From Spirochaetia bacterium (GTDB lineage: Bacteria > Spirochaetota > Spirochaetia > UBA9216): a stretch of 64,000 bases of DNA. This document shows, in pieces, positions 49,328-58,992 of the stretch (position 1 is its first letter; the number at the start of each line of letters is the position of its first letter). The stretch spans positions 1-64,000 of the forward strand of contig CAXXYH010000004.1 of the NCBI GenBank assembly GCA_963677925.2, given 5' to 3'. The notes under the pieces are model-generated. The model was not told the origin of the DNA and searched no databases. It saw only the letters and a list, made by a program, of their open reading frames with translations. Both the position numbers and the translations under genes were made by a program.

Positions 49328-51123
49328 CAGATAAGGTTCTCCATAATAAAGCTTCGCCTCTGGGGTGTGTTCTTACCCATGAAAAACTCAAGTGTATTCG
49401 GAACATCCTTCATCGTTTTCACATCGACTTTAACCAGCCGCATATCCTCACCGATGAACTGACCGAATTCTTTTGGAGAAATTTCACCGAGTCCCTTAAA
49501 TCGTGTAACCTCGGGTCCTGCAAGTTTGGCCATTGCAGCATCACGTTCTGCAATATTGTAGCAGTAGTGGGTTTCTTTCTTGTTTCTTACCCTGAAAAGC
49601 GGAGTCTCAAGGATATAGATACGTCCTGCGGTTGCAAGTTCCTCAAAGAAGGTGAGAAAGAATGTAAGCAGAAGATTCCGGATATGAAAACCGTCATTAT
49701 CTGCATCAGTTGCGATTATCAGTTTGCCGTAGCGGAGGTTGTCAATTTCATTCTCAACTCCAAGGGCCATCATCAGATTGTAAAGCTCTTCATTTTTATA
49801 GATTGCCGCCCGCTTCTTTCCGAATACATTGAACGGCTTACCGCGAAGTGAAAAAACTGCCTGCCTGTAGACATCCCGGGCAGAGACTATTGAGCCAGAT
49901 GCAGACTGACCCTCGGTGATGAAGATCATCGATTCTTCACCCTTCTTGTCACCCAGATGAAATTTACAGTCTTTCAGATTGGGAATCTTAAGCGCAACTT
50001 TTTTGGCTGCCTCACGGGCTTCCTTCTTTACTTCATTAAGTTCCTTCCGCAGCTTTTCATTGCTGACAATCTTGTTCTCAAGCTTGTCGGCAGCTTCCTT
50101 ATTTTTGTGCAGATAGTCAACAACACCGGACCGGACTTCGTTTACAACCCAGGCCCTGATTTCAGTATTACCAAGCTTATTCTTCGTCTGGCTTTCAAAG
50201 ACCGGATTTTTAAGCTTTATTGAAACAGCACCGGCAAGGCCTTCACGGGCATCTACCCCGTTGTAGTTCTTCTTATAGAACTCGTTGACGCCCTTGAGAA
50301 AACCCTCGCGGAAGGCGCTCTGATGCGTACCGCCGTCGCTGGTGTACTGACCGTTTACAAAGGAGAAATAGTTCTCTCCGTAGGTGTTTGTGTGAGCAAA
50401 GGAAAACTCAAGCTGTTCGCCCTTGTAGTAACCGATATCATAAATGGTGGTATTCCCTACTTCTGCCGACAGAAGATCGAGAAGACCGTTCTGGGATTCG
50501 TATTTCTTTTTATTAAAATAAAGAGTCAGCCCGCTGTTCAGGTAGGCGTAATTCCATATACGCTGGTCTATGTATTCATGGTTGAATGTGTATTCACCAA
50601 AGATTTCTTTGTCCGGAATAAACTCAACATAGGTTCCGTCGGGCTCGCCGGCTTTCTTCCCCTCGCGCTTCTTCTGAAGGATTCCTCTTTCAAAGATTGC
50701 CTCAAAGAACTTGCCGTCACGGAACGAAACGACCCTGAAGTTTATAGAAAGAGCATTTACCGCCTTGGTACCGACACCGTTAAGGCCGACCGAAAACTGA
50801 AAGACGTCGTCATTGTATTTTGCACCTGTATTTATAATTGAAACACAATCAATAACCTTTCCAAGCGGAATACCCCGGCCGTAGTCACGAACTACAACCT
50901 TGTTGTCCTCAACCTTGATTACTATTTTCTTACCGTTGCCCATGATGAACTCATCAATACTGTTGTCAACAACTTCCTTCAGAAGGACGTATATACCGTC
51001 ATCAAGGTTTGAACCGTCTCCAAGGCGTCCGATATACATACCGGTACGCAGACGGATATGCTCAAGAGAGCTCAGCGTTTTTATCTTGCTTTCATCGTAT
51101 GCGGATTTCTTTTGTTTTGCCAT
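49327..51123 (-). CDS. parE: DNA topoisomerase IV subunit B
   Basis: EVVDNSIDE, DYGRGIP, GLNGVG, TEGQSA, LRGK, TDADNDG, RFKGLGE. Confidence 0.9.
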   Translation of the reverse strand: MAKQKKSAYDESKIKTLSSLEHIRLRTGMYIGRLGDGSNLDDGIYVLLKEVVDNSIDEFIMGNGKKIVIKVEDNKVVVRDYGRGIPLGKVIDCVSIINTGAKYNDDVFQFSVGLNGVGTKAVNALSINFRVVSFRDGKFFEAIFERGILQKKREGKKAGEPDGTYVEFIPDKEIFGEYTFNHEYIDQRIWNYAYLNSGLTLYFNKKKYESQNGLLDLLSAEVGNTTIYDIGYYKGEQLEFSFAHTNTYGENYFSFVNGQYTSDGGTHQSAFREGFLKGVNEFYKKNYNGVDAREGLAGAVSIKLKNPVFESQTKNKLGNTEIRAWVVNEVRSGVVDYLHKNKEAADKLENKIVSNEKLRKELNEVKKEAREAAKKVALKIPNLKDCKFHLGDKKGEESMIFITEGQSASGSIVSARDVYRQAVFSLRGKPFNVFGKKRAAIYKNEELYNLMMALGVENEIDNLRYGKLIIATDADNDGFHIRNLLLTFFLTFFEELATAGRIYILETPLFRVRNKKETHYCYNIAERDAAMAKLAGPEVTRFKGLGEISPKEFGQFIGEDMRLVKVDVKTMKDVPNTLEFFMGKNTPQRRSFIMENLI

Positions 51124-51180
51124 TGAGATTTTTATATTCTCCCCACCCAGTTTGTACTAATTTTACCACTTATGGGCGAG

Positions 51181-52029
51181 TCATTCAAGAAATGAATGCA
51201 GAAGTGCTATTTCAGTGTCCCAGTCCTTCGGATTCGGTGTTTCAAGAATCATAGGAATGCCTTCCAGGCGCTTGTCGTTCAGAAGATACCTGAATCCGGT
51301 TTCACCTATGCAGCCCTTTCCGATGTTTTCATGCCGGTCTATATGCTCACCCAGACCTCTTTTGGAATCATTTAGATGCATTCCCTTCAGGTTGGAGAGT
51401 CCAAGCAGCCTGTCAAACTGCTCAAGCATATCATTACAGCCCTCTTCAGTTGAAACGTCATAGCCGGCGCCGTACACATGACAGGTATCTATGCAGATGG
51501 CAACACGTTCAGGCTGTTTAATCCTGTCCATTATTGCAGCAATCTCTTCAAAGCGTCCGCCGATCTTATTATTCTGTCCGGAGGTCGTCTCAAGCACAGT
51601 TATTACATCGGGAACCATTTCATTAGCCCGGTTTACCGCCGCACTGATATTTTCAATGCCCTGCTCAAAGCTGATAAGGCCTGTAGTACTGCCCGGATGA
51701 ATGTTGAGATATTTAAGGCCAAGCAGATTAACACGGTTGAGCTCATCAATATATGAATCAAATGATTTTTTGGATTTTTCCGGATCAGGAGAAGCCAGGT
51801 TTATCAGGTAGGAATTGTGAGGCAGCACAACATCCGGAGTGAATCCGCCGTCCTTCATTCTCTGCTTAAAGAGACTGATGCTTTCCTCTGTAAGAGCAGG
51901 AGATTCCCACCTCCGCTGATTACGGGTAAATAACGCAAAGCCTTCAGCGCCTATCCGTTGGGCATGAAGCGGTGCATTTTCAACCCCTCCGTATGTAGAG
52001 ACATGTGCTCCGATGTAATTCCTGCTCAT
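51181..52029 (-). CDS. nfo: Endonuclease IV
   Basis: IGAHVS, PHNSYLINL, IHPGS, LETT, CIDTCH, HLNDS, DRHE, LETP. Start moved from 52065. Confidence 0.95.
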   Translation of the reverse strand: MSRNYIGAHVSTYGGVENAPLHAQRIGAEGFALFTRNQRRWESPALTEESISLFKQRMKDGGFTPDVVLPHNSYLINLASPDPEKSKKSFDSYIDELNRVNLLGLKYLNIHPGSTTGLISFEQGIENISAAVNRANEMVPDVITVLETTSGQNNKIGGRFEEIAAIMDRIKQPERVAICIDTCHVYGAGYDVSTEEGCNDMLEQFDRLLGLSNLKGMHLNDSKRGLGEHIDRHENIGKGCIGETGFRYLLNDKRLEGIPMILETPNPKDWDTEIALLHSFLE

Positions 52030-52102
52030 GCTATTAATATAACAATTTTCTTTCCCATATCCCAACTTGAAAATAGTATTTTTTTTGTTTAATATCGCGT
52101 TT

Positions 52103-52378
52103 ATGGAATGGAAAGCAAGTCATATACTGGTTAAAAGCCAGAGTCAAGCCCAGGAACTTCAGAGAAAGATCAAGCAGGGCGCAAATTTCGAAGCAATAGC
52201 ACGTGATTTTTCAACATGCCCAAGCAAATCAAAAGGCGGAGATCTTGGCTGGTTCGGTCCGGGAAAGATGGTTCCTGAGTTTGAAAGAGCATGCAGCCGC
52301 ATGGGCGTGGGAAGCATATCCGATGTGGTAAGAACACAGTTCGGTTACCATATTATCAAGCTTACCGGTAAGAAATAA
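52103..52378 (+). CDS. ppiC: Parvulin-type peptidyl-prolyl isomerase
   Basis: ASHILVK, STCPS...GGDLGWF...MVPEFE, TQFGYHII. Start moved from 52067. Confidence 0.92.
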   Translation: MEWKASHILVKSQSQAQELQRKIKQGANFEAIARDFSTCPSKSKGGDLGWFGPGKMVPEFERACSRMGVGSISDVVRTQFGYHIIKLTGKK

Positions 52379-52410
52379 AAAAGATATTTCCAATATCTTT
52401 TTTATTTCTT
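52370..52410. terminator. Perfect 19-bp AT-rich inverted repeat between convergent genes
   Basis: AAGAAATAAAAAAGATATT-tcc-AATATCTTTTTTATTTCTT; a second hairpin CTGCG-aaga-CGCAG follows. Confidence 0.55.
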
Positions 52411-52460
52411 CAGAAGAAGACCTGCGAAGACGCAGATATTCTTCATTTTTCTATTAGGAA

Positions 52461-52886
52461 CTATTCGGTCATTAAATTTCTGATAAGTTCAGGGAGTTCG
52501 GTTGATTTATTCTCGGCAAAATTCACCCAGACAACCTTTGCATCAGCTTCGGCATAGACCTCACCATCAACCGTCATTACGAAGTACATCATAAAGCTGC
52601 TGCGCCCCGGTTCGCCGATAAACAGATCTATATCAAGCCTGGCCGGATATACAACAGCCTTTTTAAAGGTACATGATGTTTTGACGACGACGCAGGCCGT
52701 ATCTCTCTCCCAGCCCCTTGTACCGAACTCTGCATCTTTCAGAATCTGCTGAAGCCATTGAACCCGGCCTTCCTCACAGTATGTCATATACCTGGCATTG
52801 TTGACATGCCCGAAGGCATCCATGTCGCCCCACATCGTATTTATTGAATAGCTGTAAACCTTTGTTCTCTTTGTCTCCACATTCAC
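52461..52886 (-). CDS. Acyl-CoA thioesterase (4HBT/hotdog family)
   Basis: WGDMDAFGHVNNARY. Confidence 0.9.
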   Translation of the reverse strand: MNVETKRTKVYSYSINTMWGDMDAFGHVNNARYMTYCEEGRVQWLQQILKDAEFGTRGWERDTACVVVKTSCTFKKAVVYPARLDIDLFIGEPGRSSFMMYFVMTVDGEVYAEADAKVVWVNFAENKSTELPELIRNLMTE

Positions 52887-53242
52887 CCCTCCTTATGCCG
52901 CTCTATGATATCAGAAAGGAGTCCGTATGAAACAGGTTTATCCAGAACAGCAACAGGGTTCAGGTTTTCCGCTCTGCTTATTGTAATATCATCTGAATAC
53001 CCCGTCATAAAACAGATAGGAACTCTTGCCTTCTGAAGTATTTTTTCTGCTGCGGAAATACCGTCACTGCCGTCTGCAAGCGATACATCCATCAGGACGA
53101 AATCAGGGCTGAAGCTGAAATATACGGAGAGAGCTTCAGCTTCAGTAGCCGCAGTGGCACAGGAGAATCCCAGCTCTTCCAGATAGTATTTTAAAGACAT
53201 TACTGCAAAAGCCTCGTCTTCAACGATCAGTATCTTTTTCAA
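52883..53242 (-). CDS. Single-domain response regulator
   Basis: ILIVEDE, VLMDV, FMTG, LDKP. Confidence 0.9.
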   Translation of the reverse strand: MKKILIVEDEAFAVMSLKYYLEELGFSCATAATEAEALSVYFSFSPDFVLMDVSLADGSDGISAAEKILQKARVPICFMTGYSDDITISRAENLNPVAVLDKPVSYGLLSDIIERHKEG

Positions 53243-55424
53243 TTTCCCGTTCCTTCCCCGAACTTACAGGGAATCTTATTATACACCCAAGCCCCCCGGT
53301 TTCTACAATCTTAAACTCGACACGGCCGCGCATCTGATGCTCTGCCAGCGCTACTATAGTCTGGAGCCCCAGGCCATGCTGATGTCTGAAATCGAACCCA
53401 GGCTCAACGCCAACTCCGTCATCAAAGACGCTCAGCTCAACAATTCCATCTTCGACTAAACTGAGATTAATATCAACATTACCTGTAGCAGAATCAACAA
53501 AAGCATACTTGAATATATTCGAGAGAAGTTCACTAAGCAGAAGCCCGCAGGGAACTGCCAGCTCTATGGATACATTTATCTTTTCAACTTCAGCTGTAAG
53601 GGCCAGAAACCTGTCGTCAATGCGGTATGAAGTCATCAGAAGTCTGGAAAGTTCAGCCAGATACTCACCGAGATCTATTTTTGATAAGTTAGAGGATTCA
53701 TAAAGTTTTTTATGAACCAGCGACATAGACTGAATTTTATCAGCAAGTTCCTTCAGCAGGGCATTATATTTCTCATCATGAATAAACCCCATCTGAAGAT
53801 TTATCATAGAAAGAATGACATTCATATTATTTTTGGTACGGTGATACAGCTCTTTAAGCAGAACTTCTTTTTCACTGACTGAGTCTTTCAATTTCTGTTC
53901 GACAGTCAGCTTTTCACGCATATCACGGCCTACGGCAAGAACGGGTCTTTCTTTTTCATCATTAAAATAAATCACAGAGGAGTTATACTCCACAGGAATC
54001 CTCTCGCCGCTCTTTGCAATAAGATGCATTGTGGTTGTATTTGTTCCTGTTTCAACCAGCTCGGGAAGTGATAAGTTTTTCCACCGGCACAGGTCTTCTT
54101 CATCATACCAGATTTCCGGAGAACCATATTCTGAAATTTCCTCATCGGAGTAGCCTGAGAGCTCGCTGAATTTACGGTTCCATATAAGCGTCTTTCCTGA
54201 AAGCAGATCAAATACAACAAATATATCCAGAGAGGAATTGAGCATCACTTCATTAAACTGCTGCTCCCGTCTCAAACTTCCCAGAGTATTCATTAACCGC
54301 TGAGCCATATGCCGGAAAGCTCTATCAATATCACTGAACTCCCTTAGCAGACTTCCCTCAAAACCAGTTTCAAACTTCTCCGGAAATGCGTTCATTGTTT
54401 TAATCATCTGCCTGATAGGCGGAATAGTTTTTTTAATATAAAGGATGGTCAGAAGAATAAAGAATACGGCAACCGGGATCACGATCGAAAACATCCTGAC
54501 CGCATCAACAAGTTCGCTTCCGTAAAACATATTTTCCGGAAATATTAGTGAAGTTCTCCAGCCAAGATCTCCTGGAAGATCCAGCAGGGCTGTGCTCTGG
54601 ATGTACCACTCACCCTTATACCGAAGCCTCATGAAAGAATTTGTTTGCGGACGGGAAAGGACAGCCGGAGCAGTAGATGCTATAAGCATACCTTCCCGGT
54701 CGGTTATAAATCCATCTGCATTAAAATCCGACAGGATCTCTCCAAGGAATATAGATATATCAGACAGAAAAATAGTTGTACAGAATACACCCTCCGGTTC
54801 AGTACCTTCTTCATCGAACACAGGCACACTTACAGAGATTCCCATTTCATCTTCAGTAATCAGCAGATATGGATCTGAATAAAAAATCCCCATATTTTCA
54901 ACAGCACCGGCATACCATGGACGCAGTGTTGTCTGCATATTATCAGCAGCCCATTCCCTGCCGGTGAACTCTTCTGAGAAATTCAGTTCTTTTAAATAAA
55001 ACCTTCCGGCACTGCCTTCCTCAATACCCATTATATAGTAATATTCACTGTGTAAATCAATTCCTCCCCCTGCAAATTCTCCTTCTGCGGTACCGAAAAA
55101 GATACTGCTCACCGAGGGGTAGAATTCAGACTGCTTATAAAAATGACTCTGCATAAATGAAAGATCTGATTTTTTCAAATACCCTGACTTGTAGAGAGCA
55201 AGGTTTAACCTGTTTATCTCTTCCGGCACCATAAAAAATGCGGTTAACTGTGAATTTATATTCTCGGACAGAGCATAGAAAACATTGCCTGCCATTTTCT
55301 CCACAGAATTATTCAATTGAAATCTGAAAAGATAAGCAGCGATGGACAGTACAAATACAGACTGCAGTACAAGCATTAAAATCAGAATGAATCTGATAGA
55401 AAACATCCTGCGCACTTTTTTCAT
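53220..55424 (-). CDS. Membrane histidine kinase (Cache-like, HAMP-like, PAS, HisKA_2)
   Basis: Two TMs, LRPWY...SDPY, PAS ending GRDM, ELYHRTKNNM, DDGVG, GLGL. Start moved to MKKVRR. Confidence 0.88.
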   Translation of the reverse strand: MKKVRRMFSIRFILILMLVLQSVFVLSIAAYLFRFQLNNSVEKMAGNVFYALSENINSQLTAFFMVPEEINRLNLALYKSGYLKKSDLSFMQSHFYKQSEFYPSVSSIFFGTAEGEFAGGGIDLHSEYYYIMGIEEGSAGRFYLKELNFSEEFTGREWAADNMQTTLRPWYAGAVENMGIFYSDPYLLITEDEMGISVSVPVFDEEGTEPEGVFCTTIFLSDISIFLGEILSDFNADGFITDREGMLIASTAPAVLSRPQTNSFMRLRYKGEWYIQSTALLDLPGDLGWRTSLIFPENMFYGSELVDAVRMFSIVIPVAVFFILLTILYIKKTIPPIRQMIKTMNAFPEKFETGFEGSLLREFSDIDRAFRHMAQRLMNTLGSLRREQQFNEVMLNSSLDIFVVFDLLSGKTLIWNRKFSELSGYSDEEISEYGSPEIWYDEEDLCRWKNLSLPELVETGTNTTTMHLIAKSGERIPVEYNSSVIYFNDEKERPVLAVGRDMREKLTVEQKLKDSVSEKEVLLKELYHRTKNNMNVILSMINLQMGFIHDEKYNALLKELADKIQSMSLVHKKLYESSNLSKIDLGEYLAELSRLLMTSYRIDDRFLALTAEVEKINVSIELAVPCGLLLSELLSNIFKYAFVDSATGNVDINLSLVEDGIVELSVFDDGVGVEPGFDFRHQHGLGLQTIVALAEHQMRGRVEFKIVETGGLGCIIRFPVSSGKEREIEKDTDR

Positions 55425-55523
55425 AATCATTATTATAAAACCCTCATACCACGAGGTCAAACTATTATTTCTGAAGCTAAAACTATGATTGAAAATTACT
55501 AGTTTTAACGATAGAATCAGAAA

Positions 55524-56669
55524 ATGCTGAAATACCAGTTAATAGACATTGATATTTTTATGATCATAATTCTCATTATGATAATTGCTGTTATCCAGCT
55601 GAAACAGACTTTTAAATCGGTCACAACCAGGATTTTCCTGCTGCTCTGCTGGAGCGTTATTGTACTTCTGGTATTGGATGCACTTCCCTGGATTATGGAC
55701 GGCCTGCCGGGGCAGAGCTCTCGCACTTTCCTTTTCTTATTTAATTTTATTCTGATATTATCAGGCCCTGTACCGCTCGTACTGTGGCTGTGCTATATAG
55801 ACTACCAGCTTAACCATTCAAAGATCAGACTGAAAAAGCGACTTTTTTATCTTTACCCATTAATACTTACAGGCATTATTCTTATCTACTCGGTTTTTAC
55901 CGGATTCATATTTTATATTGACTCTGACAACAACTACCAGAGAGGCCCGGGAATTTTTCTTGTTGCATTTATTCAGCTTCTAACACTGATATATTCCTAT
56001 TTTCTGGTAATTGAAAACAGAAAAGCTGTATCAAAAGATATCATAAGAGGCGTTGCCCTTTTCGGCATACTTCCTGTAACGGGTACAGTTTTACAGATGA
56101 GATTTTACGGGACAACCATTATTTGGCCTTCAGTCGCACTTGCTGTGACCTTTGTTTACATATTTCTTGAAATACAGCGGGAGATACGGGATTACCTGAC
56201 CGGACTTCTTAACCGTCAGCAGATTGATGAATATATACAGCTGAGAATTAAGGATTATGAGAGAAAGGGCTCCTTTACACTTGTAATGATGGATATGGAC
56301 GGCTTTAAAGAAATTAACGACGATTACGGTCACAGCGAAGGCGATGCCGTACTTGTCCAGACGGCAGCCCTGCTCAACAGTTCTATAAAGCGCATGGACA
56401 GAGCCGCCAGATTCGGAGGAGATGAGTTTATGCTGCTGCTTGAAACAAACGCCCCCTCTGAAATCCATGCTGTAATTCAGCGTATATACGATAAAATCTC
56501 TGAAGTTAGCACGAAAAATAAAAAACCATATAAAATATCATTGAGTGCCGGCTACATCATTTATTCTCCGGATAAACACAGAAGTTTTCACGAATTCCTT
56601 CATGCCGCAGATCAGAACATGTATATAGCAAAAAGAGAACGCAGGCAGCAGGGAACCTACGGAAAATGA
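55524..56669 (+). CDS. Membrane diguanylate cyclase
   Basis: About 7 TMs; DYLTGLLNR, DMDGFKEINDDYGH, RFGGDEF, ADQNMY. Confidence 0.92.
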   Translation: MLKYQLIDIDIFMIIILIMIIAVIQLKQTFKSVTTRIFLLLCWSVIVLLVLDALPWIMDGLPGQSSRTFLFLFNFILILSGPVPLVLWLCYIDYQLNHSKIRLKKRLFYLYPLILTGIILIYSVFTGFIFYIDSDNNYQRGPGIFLVAFIQLLTLIYSYFLVIENRKAVSKDIIRGVALFGILPVTGTVLQMRFYGTTIIWPSVALAVTFVYIFLEIQREIRDYLTGLLNRQQIDEYIQLRIKDYERKGSFTLVMMDMDGFKEINDDYGHSEGDAVLVQTAALLNSSIKRMDRAARFGGDEFMLLLETNAPSEIHAVIQRIYDKISEVSTKNKKPYKISLSAGYIIYSPDKHRSFHEFLHAADQNMYIAKRERRQQGTYGK

Positions 56670-57937
56670 AACGGGGAGGCAGCGCAGATCTGCCCCTTCA
56701 TTACGGAACTGTACCGAAGTGGCTTGCAGACCGTATGATGACTCTTGGAACATCCATAATAGAAGCTATCATAACAGACGGAGGAACCGACGAGGTCCTA
56801 AGAAGGGTATCAGATCCCTTCTGGTTTCAGGCCTTCGGGGCAGTGCTGGGGATGGACTGGCATTCATCAGGAATTACAACCTCAGTAATGAGGGCAATTC
56901 AGCGCGGACTGAATCCGCGCAGTTCCGAACTCGGGATTGCCGTACTGGGGGGCCGGGGAAAATATTCACGAAACACTCCGGCGGAACTGCTCGAATATGC
57001 AATGAAAACCGGGCTGGCCGGCGAAGAGCTCACCCGTACAAGCAGGCTTACAGCCAAGATAGATAACTCCTGTCTTCAGGACGGTTTTCAGATCTATCTT
57101 CATAATTTTGTGATTACAGAAAACGGCAACTGGGCCGTTGTCCAGCAGGGGATGAACAAAGAAACAGGAAAAGCCAGACGCTATCACTGGCATTCATCCG
57201 AAATTAAGTCCTTCTTCAGTGATCCGCATACTGCAGTTGTGGGACCTTACCAGGGAGAACTTCTGAATCTAAGCGATTCCCGGGCTGATGCGAACCGGAA
57301 AGGGATACTCGACTTTCTGAGGGAACATCCTGATAGACAAAAACGGGAACTTGATGCTCTTATGCGGTCAAGACGGATAGTACTTCCTTCACATCATGAA
57401 GTCCGTCCCGAAGATGTAATCTCAAAACGGCTTGGAGCCGCACTCGCAGCAGCGTGGGACCGTGAGTTTTCCGATTTCAGCCAAGCCCTTTTAATGGAAG
57501 GAGTCGGACCTCGGACTGTTCAGTCTCTGGCGCTGGTCAGTGAGATCATCTACGGAGGGCCGTCAAGGTTCTCTGATCCTGCACGCTTTTCCTTTGCACA
57601 CGGCGGAAAGGACGGACATCCGGCGCCCGTGCCTCTGGACATATACGACCGCAGCATATCTGTTGTAAAAAGGGCACTCAGTCATGCAAAGACCGGGAAT
57701 GATACCCGTCTGCAGGGAATTAAAAACCTCGACAGGTTTACCAGGTGGGTTGAACAGAATACAGCCCCTACAGCAGATGTCGAAAAAGTTATTGAGCGTG
57801 AATGGGAAAATTCTCACAAGTGGGGCGGAAAAACGGTAATGGGTGATGCATTACCCGGAGATAATTATGAAAAACACTCCGGCCGGAACCGGAAGATTAG
57901 GAGCGAATCCGATACCGGCCAGATGGAACTTTTTTAA
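56666..57937 (+). CDS. DUF763-family protein
   Basis: ADLPLHYG, SDPFWFQAFGAVLGMDWHSSGITT, WAVVQQGMN, ARRYHW, FAHGGKDGHP. Confidence 0.88.
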   Translation: MKRGGSADLPLHYGTVPKWLADRMMTLGTSIIEAIITDGGTDEVLRRVSDPFWFQAFGAVLGMDWHSSGITTSVMRAIQRGLNPRSSELGIAVLGGRGKYSRNTPAELLEYAMKTGLAGEELTRTSRLTAKIDNSCLQDGFQIYLHNFVITENGNWAVVQQGMNKETGKARRYHWHSSEIKSFFSDPHTAVVGPYQGELLNLSDSRADANRKGILDFLREHPDRQKRELDALMRSRRIVLPSHHEVRPEDVISKRLGAALAAAWDREFSDFSQALLMEGVGPRTVQSLALVSEIIYGGPSRFSDPARFSFAHGGKDGHPAPVPLDIYDRSISVVKRALSHAKTGNDTRLQGIKNLDRFTRWVEQNTAPTADVEKVIEREWENSHKWGGKTVMGDALPGDNYEKHSGRNRKIRSESDTGQMELF

Positions 57938-57942
57938 ATAGT

Positions 57943-57960
57943 GTTCTTGGGTCCAAGAAC
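57943..57960. terminator. Inverted repeat between convergent genes
   Basis: GTTCTTGG-gt-CCAAGAAC. Confidence 0.45.
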
Positions 57961-57966
57961 TCCTTT

Positions 57967-58962
57967 TTACTTCAGAAACTTCTCATCTATATCAAAAGCC
58001 TTAGGCTTAGATGCAGGTTCAAAAATCAGCGTCTGTTTCAGGTTGGCTACTGCCTTGTTAAGGCCCTCTTCAACCGACATGTATGAGTCTTCATGCTCAA
58101 TACTCACAACCCCGTCATAACCTGTTGCACGCAGAGTGCTGAAGATATCTGACCAGGTCTTAAGATCGTGTCCGTATCCGACAGTCCTGAACTGCCAGCC
58201 CCTTCCGTATGTAACACCGAAGCTCTGCATATCTGTGAGGCCGTAATATGAAACATATTCCTGGTCTATAAATGCGTCCTTGGCATGAAAGTGAAACAGG
58301 CAGTCCTCTTCATTAAGGTATCTTGCAGCCTTTGCAGGATCGATTCCCTGCCACCACATATGGCTCGGATCGAGATTACCTCCAAGTGCTTTACAGCCTG
58401 TTTCCTTCCGCATTTTGATCATTGTGTATGGGCTGTGAACAGAATAACCACCGTGCAGCTCCATAGCTATTTTTACACCCTTCTTCTCGGCGTATTTTCC
58501 GGTTTCAGTCCAGTATGGTATAAGCTTTTCGCTCCACTGCCAGTTGAAAACTGCCTGCAGATCCTCCGGAAATGGAGAAACCGGCCAATTCGGATATTTT
58601 GAGTTCTCGGAGTCGCCTGGAGTTCCTGAAAATGTAAGAATTTTCTCAACACCGATTTCTGCAGCAAGGTCTATTGCATCTATGATATCCTGATGGTACT
58701 CATCAGCAAGTTCCTTCTGCGGATGAACAGGGTTTCCGTGACAGCTCAGACATGAAATATGCATGTCCCGCTTTTTGAACTCATCAACAAACTGAGCTCT
58801 CTTTGCACTGTCCTTAAGCAGTTCCGCAGGGTTGCAGTGATCCTTGCCGATAAACCCGCCGCAACCGACTTCAACATGATCAACACCCTTTGCCTTTATT
58901 TTATCAAGAACTTCAGTCAGGGGAAGATCTTTATATACTACTGAAAAAATTGAAATATTCAC
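57967..58962 (-). CDS. Sugar phosphate isomerase/epimerase (xylose isomerase-like TIM barrel)
   Basis: SCHGNPVHP, AMELH, NLDPSH, HFHAKD, FRTVGYGH, SIEHED. Confidence 0.88.
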   Translation of the reverse strand: MNISIFSVVYKDLPLTEVLDKIKAKGVDHVEVGCGGFIGKDHCNPAELLKDSAKRAQFVDEFKKRDMHISCLSCHGNPVHPQKELADEYHQDIIDAIDLAAEIGVEKILTFSGTPGDSENSKYPNWPVSPFPEDLQAVFNWQWSEKLIPYWTETGKYAEKKGVKIAMELHGGYSVHSPYTMIKMRKETGCKALGGNLDPSHMWWQGIDPAKAARYLNEEDCLFHFHAKDAFIDQEYVSYYGLTDMQSFGVTYGRGWQFRTVGYGHDLKTWSDIFSTLRATGYDGVVSIEHEDSYMSVEEGLNKAVANLKQTLIFEPASKPKAFDIDEKFLK

Positions 58963-58992
58963 TGTTATTTGCCTCCGGTATTAAATGCAGAA

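Noticed and set aside
47405-51123. gyrA/gyrB assignment
   Set aside because: The subunits are short and the A subunit shows no GyrA box, so topoisomerase IV fits better.
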